From the human T2T-CHM13v2.0 reference genome, Homo sapiens: a stretch of DNA of 64,000 nt. The stretch is from the NCBI RefSeq assembly GCF_009914755.1, contig NC_060933.1. The stretch is one strand, 5' to 3'. Every line of letters starts with the position of its first letter. The stretch's first letter is position 1. A program made the position numbers and the translations under genes. The notes under the pieces were generated by a model, which did no database searches, was not told the origin of the DNA, and saw only the letters and a list, made by a program, of their open reading frames with translations. This document shows positions 63,966-64,000 of the stretch, one piece after another.

Positions 63966-64000
63966 AAGGAACAGCTTTCTAATGGTAGAATTTCATGAAT

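Overview
Primate (most likely human) genomic DNA from inside PRUNE2 (BMCC1), which is transcribed from the minus strand. Five coding exons (exons 2-6: 40541-40645, 36900-37102, 32952-33115, 13009-13161, 10061-10155) have GT-AG ends and matching phases. They splice into one open frame (NRSKRLEKVHVVIGPKSCDLDS...AISTVSMNLE) that I recognise as residues ~13-252, the DHH/prune-like N-terminus. Exon 1 lies right of the window; exon 7 and the core PCA3 lncRNA lie left of it. The rest is intron, dense in Alus (~32), L1, L2, MIR, MaLR/ERV LTRs, DNA-transposon relics and microsatellites; nearly all ORFs in the track are repeat-derived or chance. I find no new gene or self-contained novel system. The best leads are: (1) exon 3 regenerates a strong 5' splice site when joined to exon 2, and its loss puts a TGA directly after exon 2; (2) an internally deleted L1PA7/8-like element with a templated, scrambled junction and an open ORF0-like antisense frame pointing into PRUNE2; (3) an 84-bp identical tract between two otherwise diverged L1 3' ends flanking exons 2-4; (4) a 31-bp templated insertion copied from 2.26 kb away; (5) intron-6 read-through giving a ~259-aa isoform whose DHH catalytic motifs are degenerate. 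Repeat subfamily names are from memory of consensus sequences and repeat boundaries are approximate.
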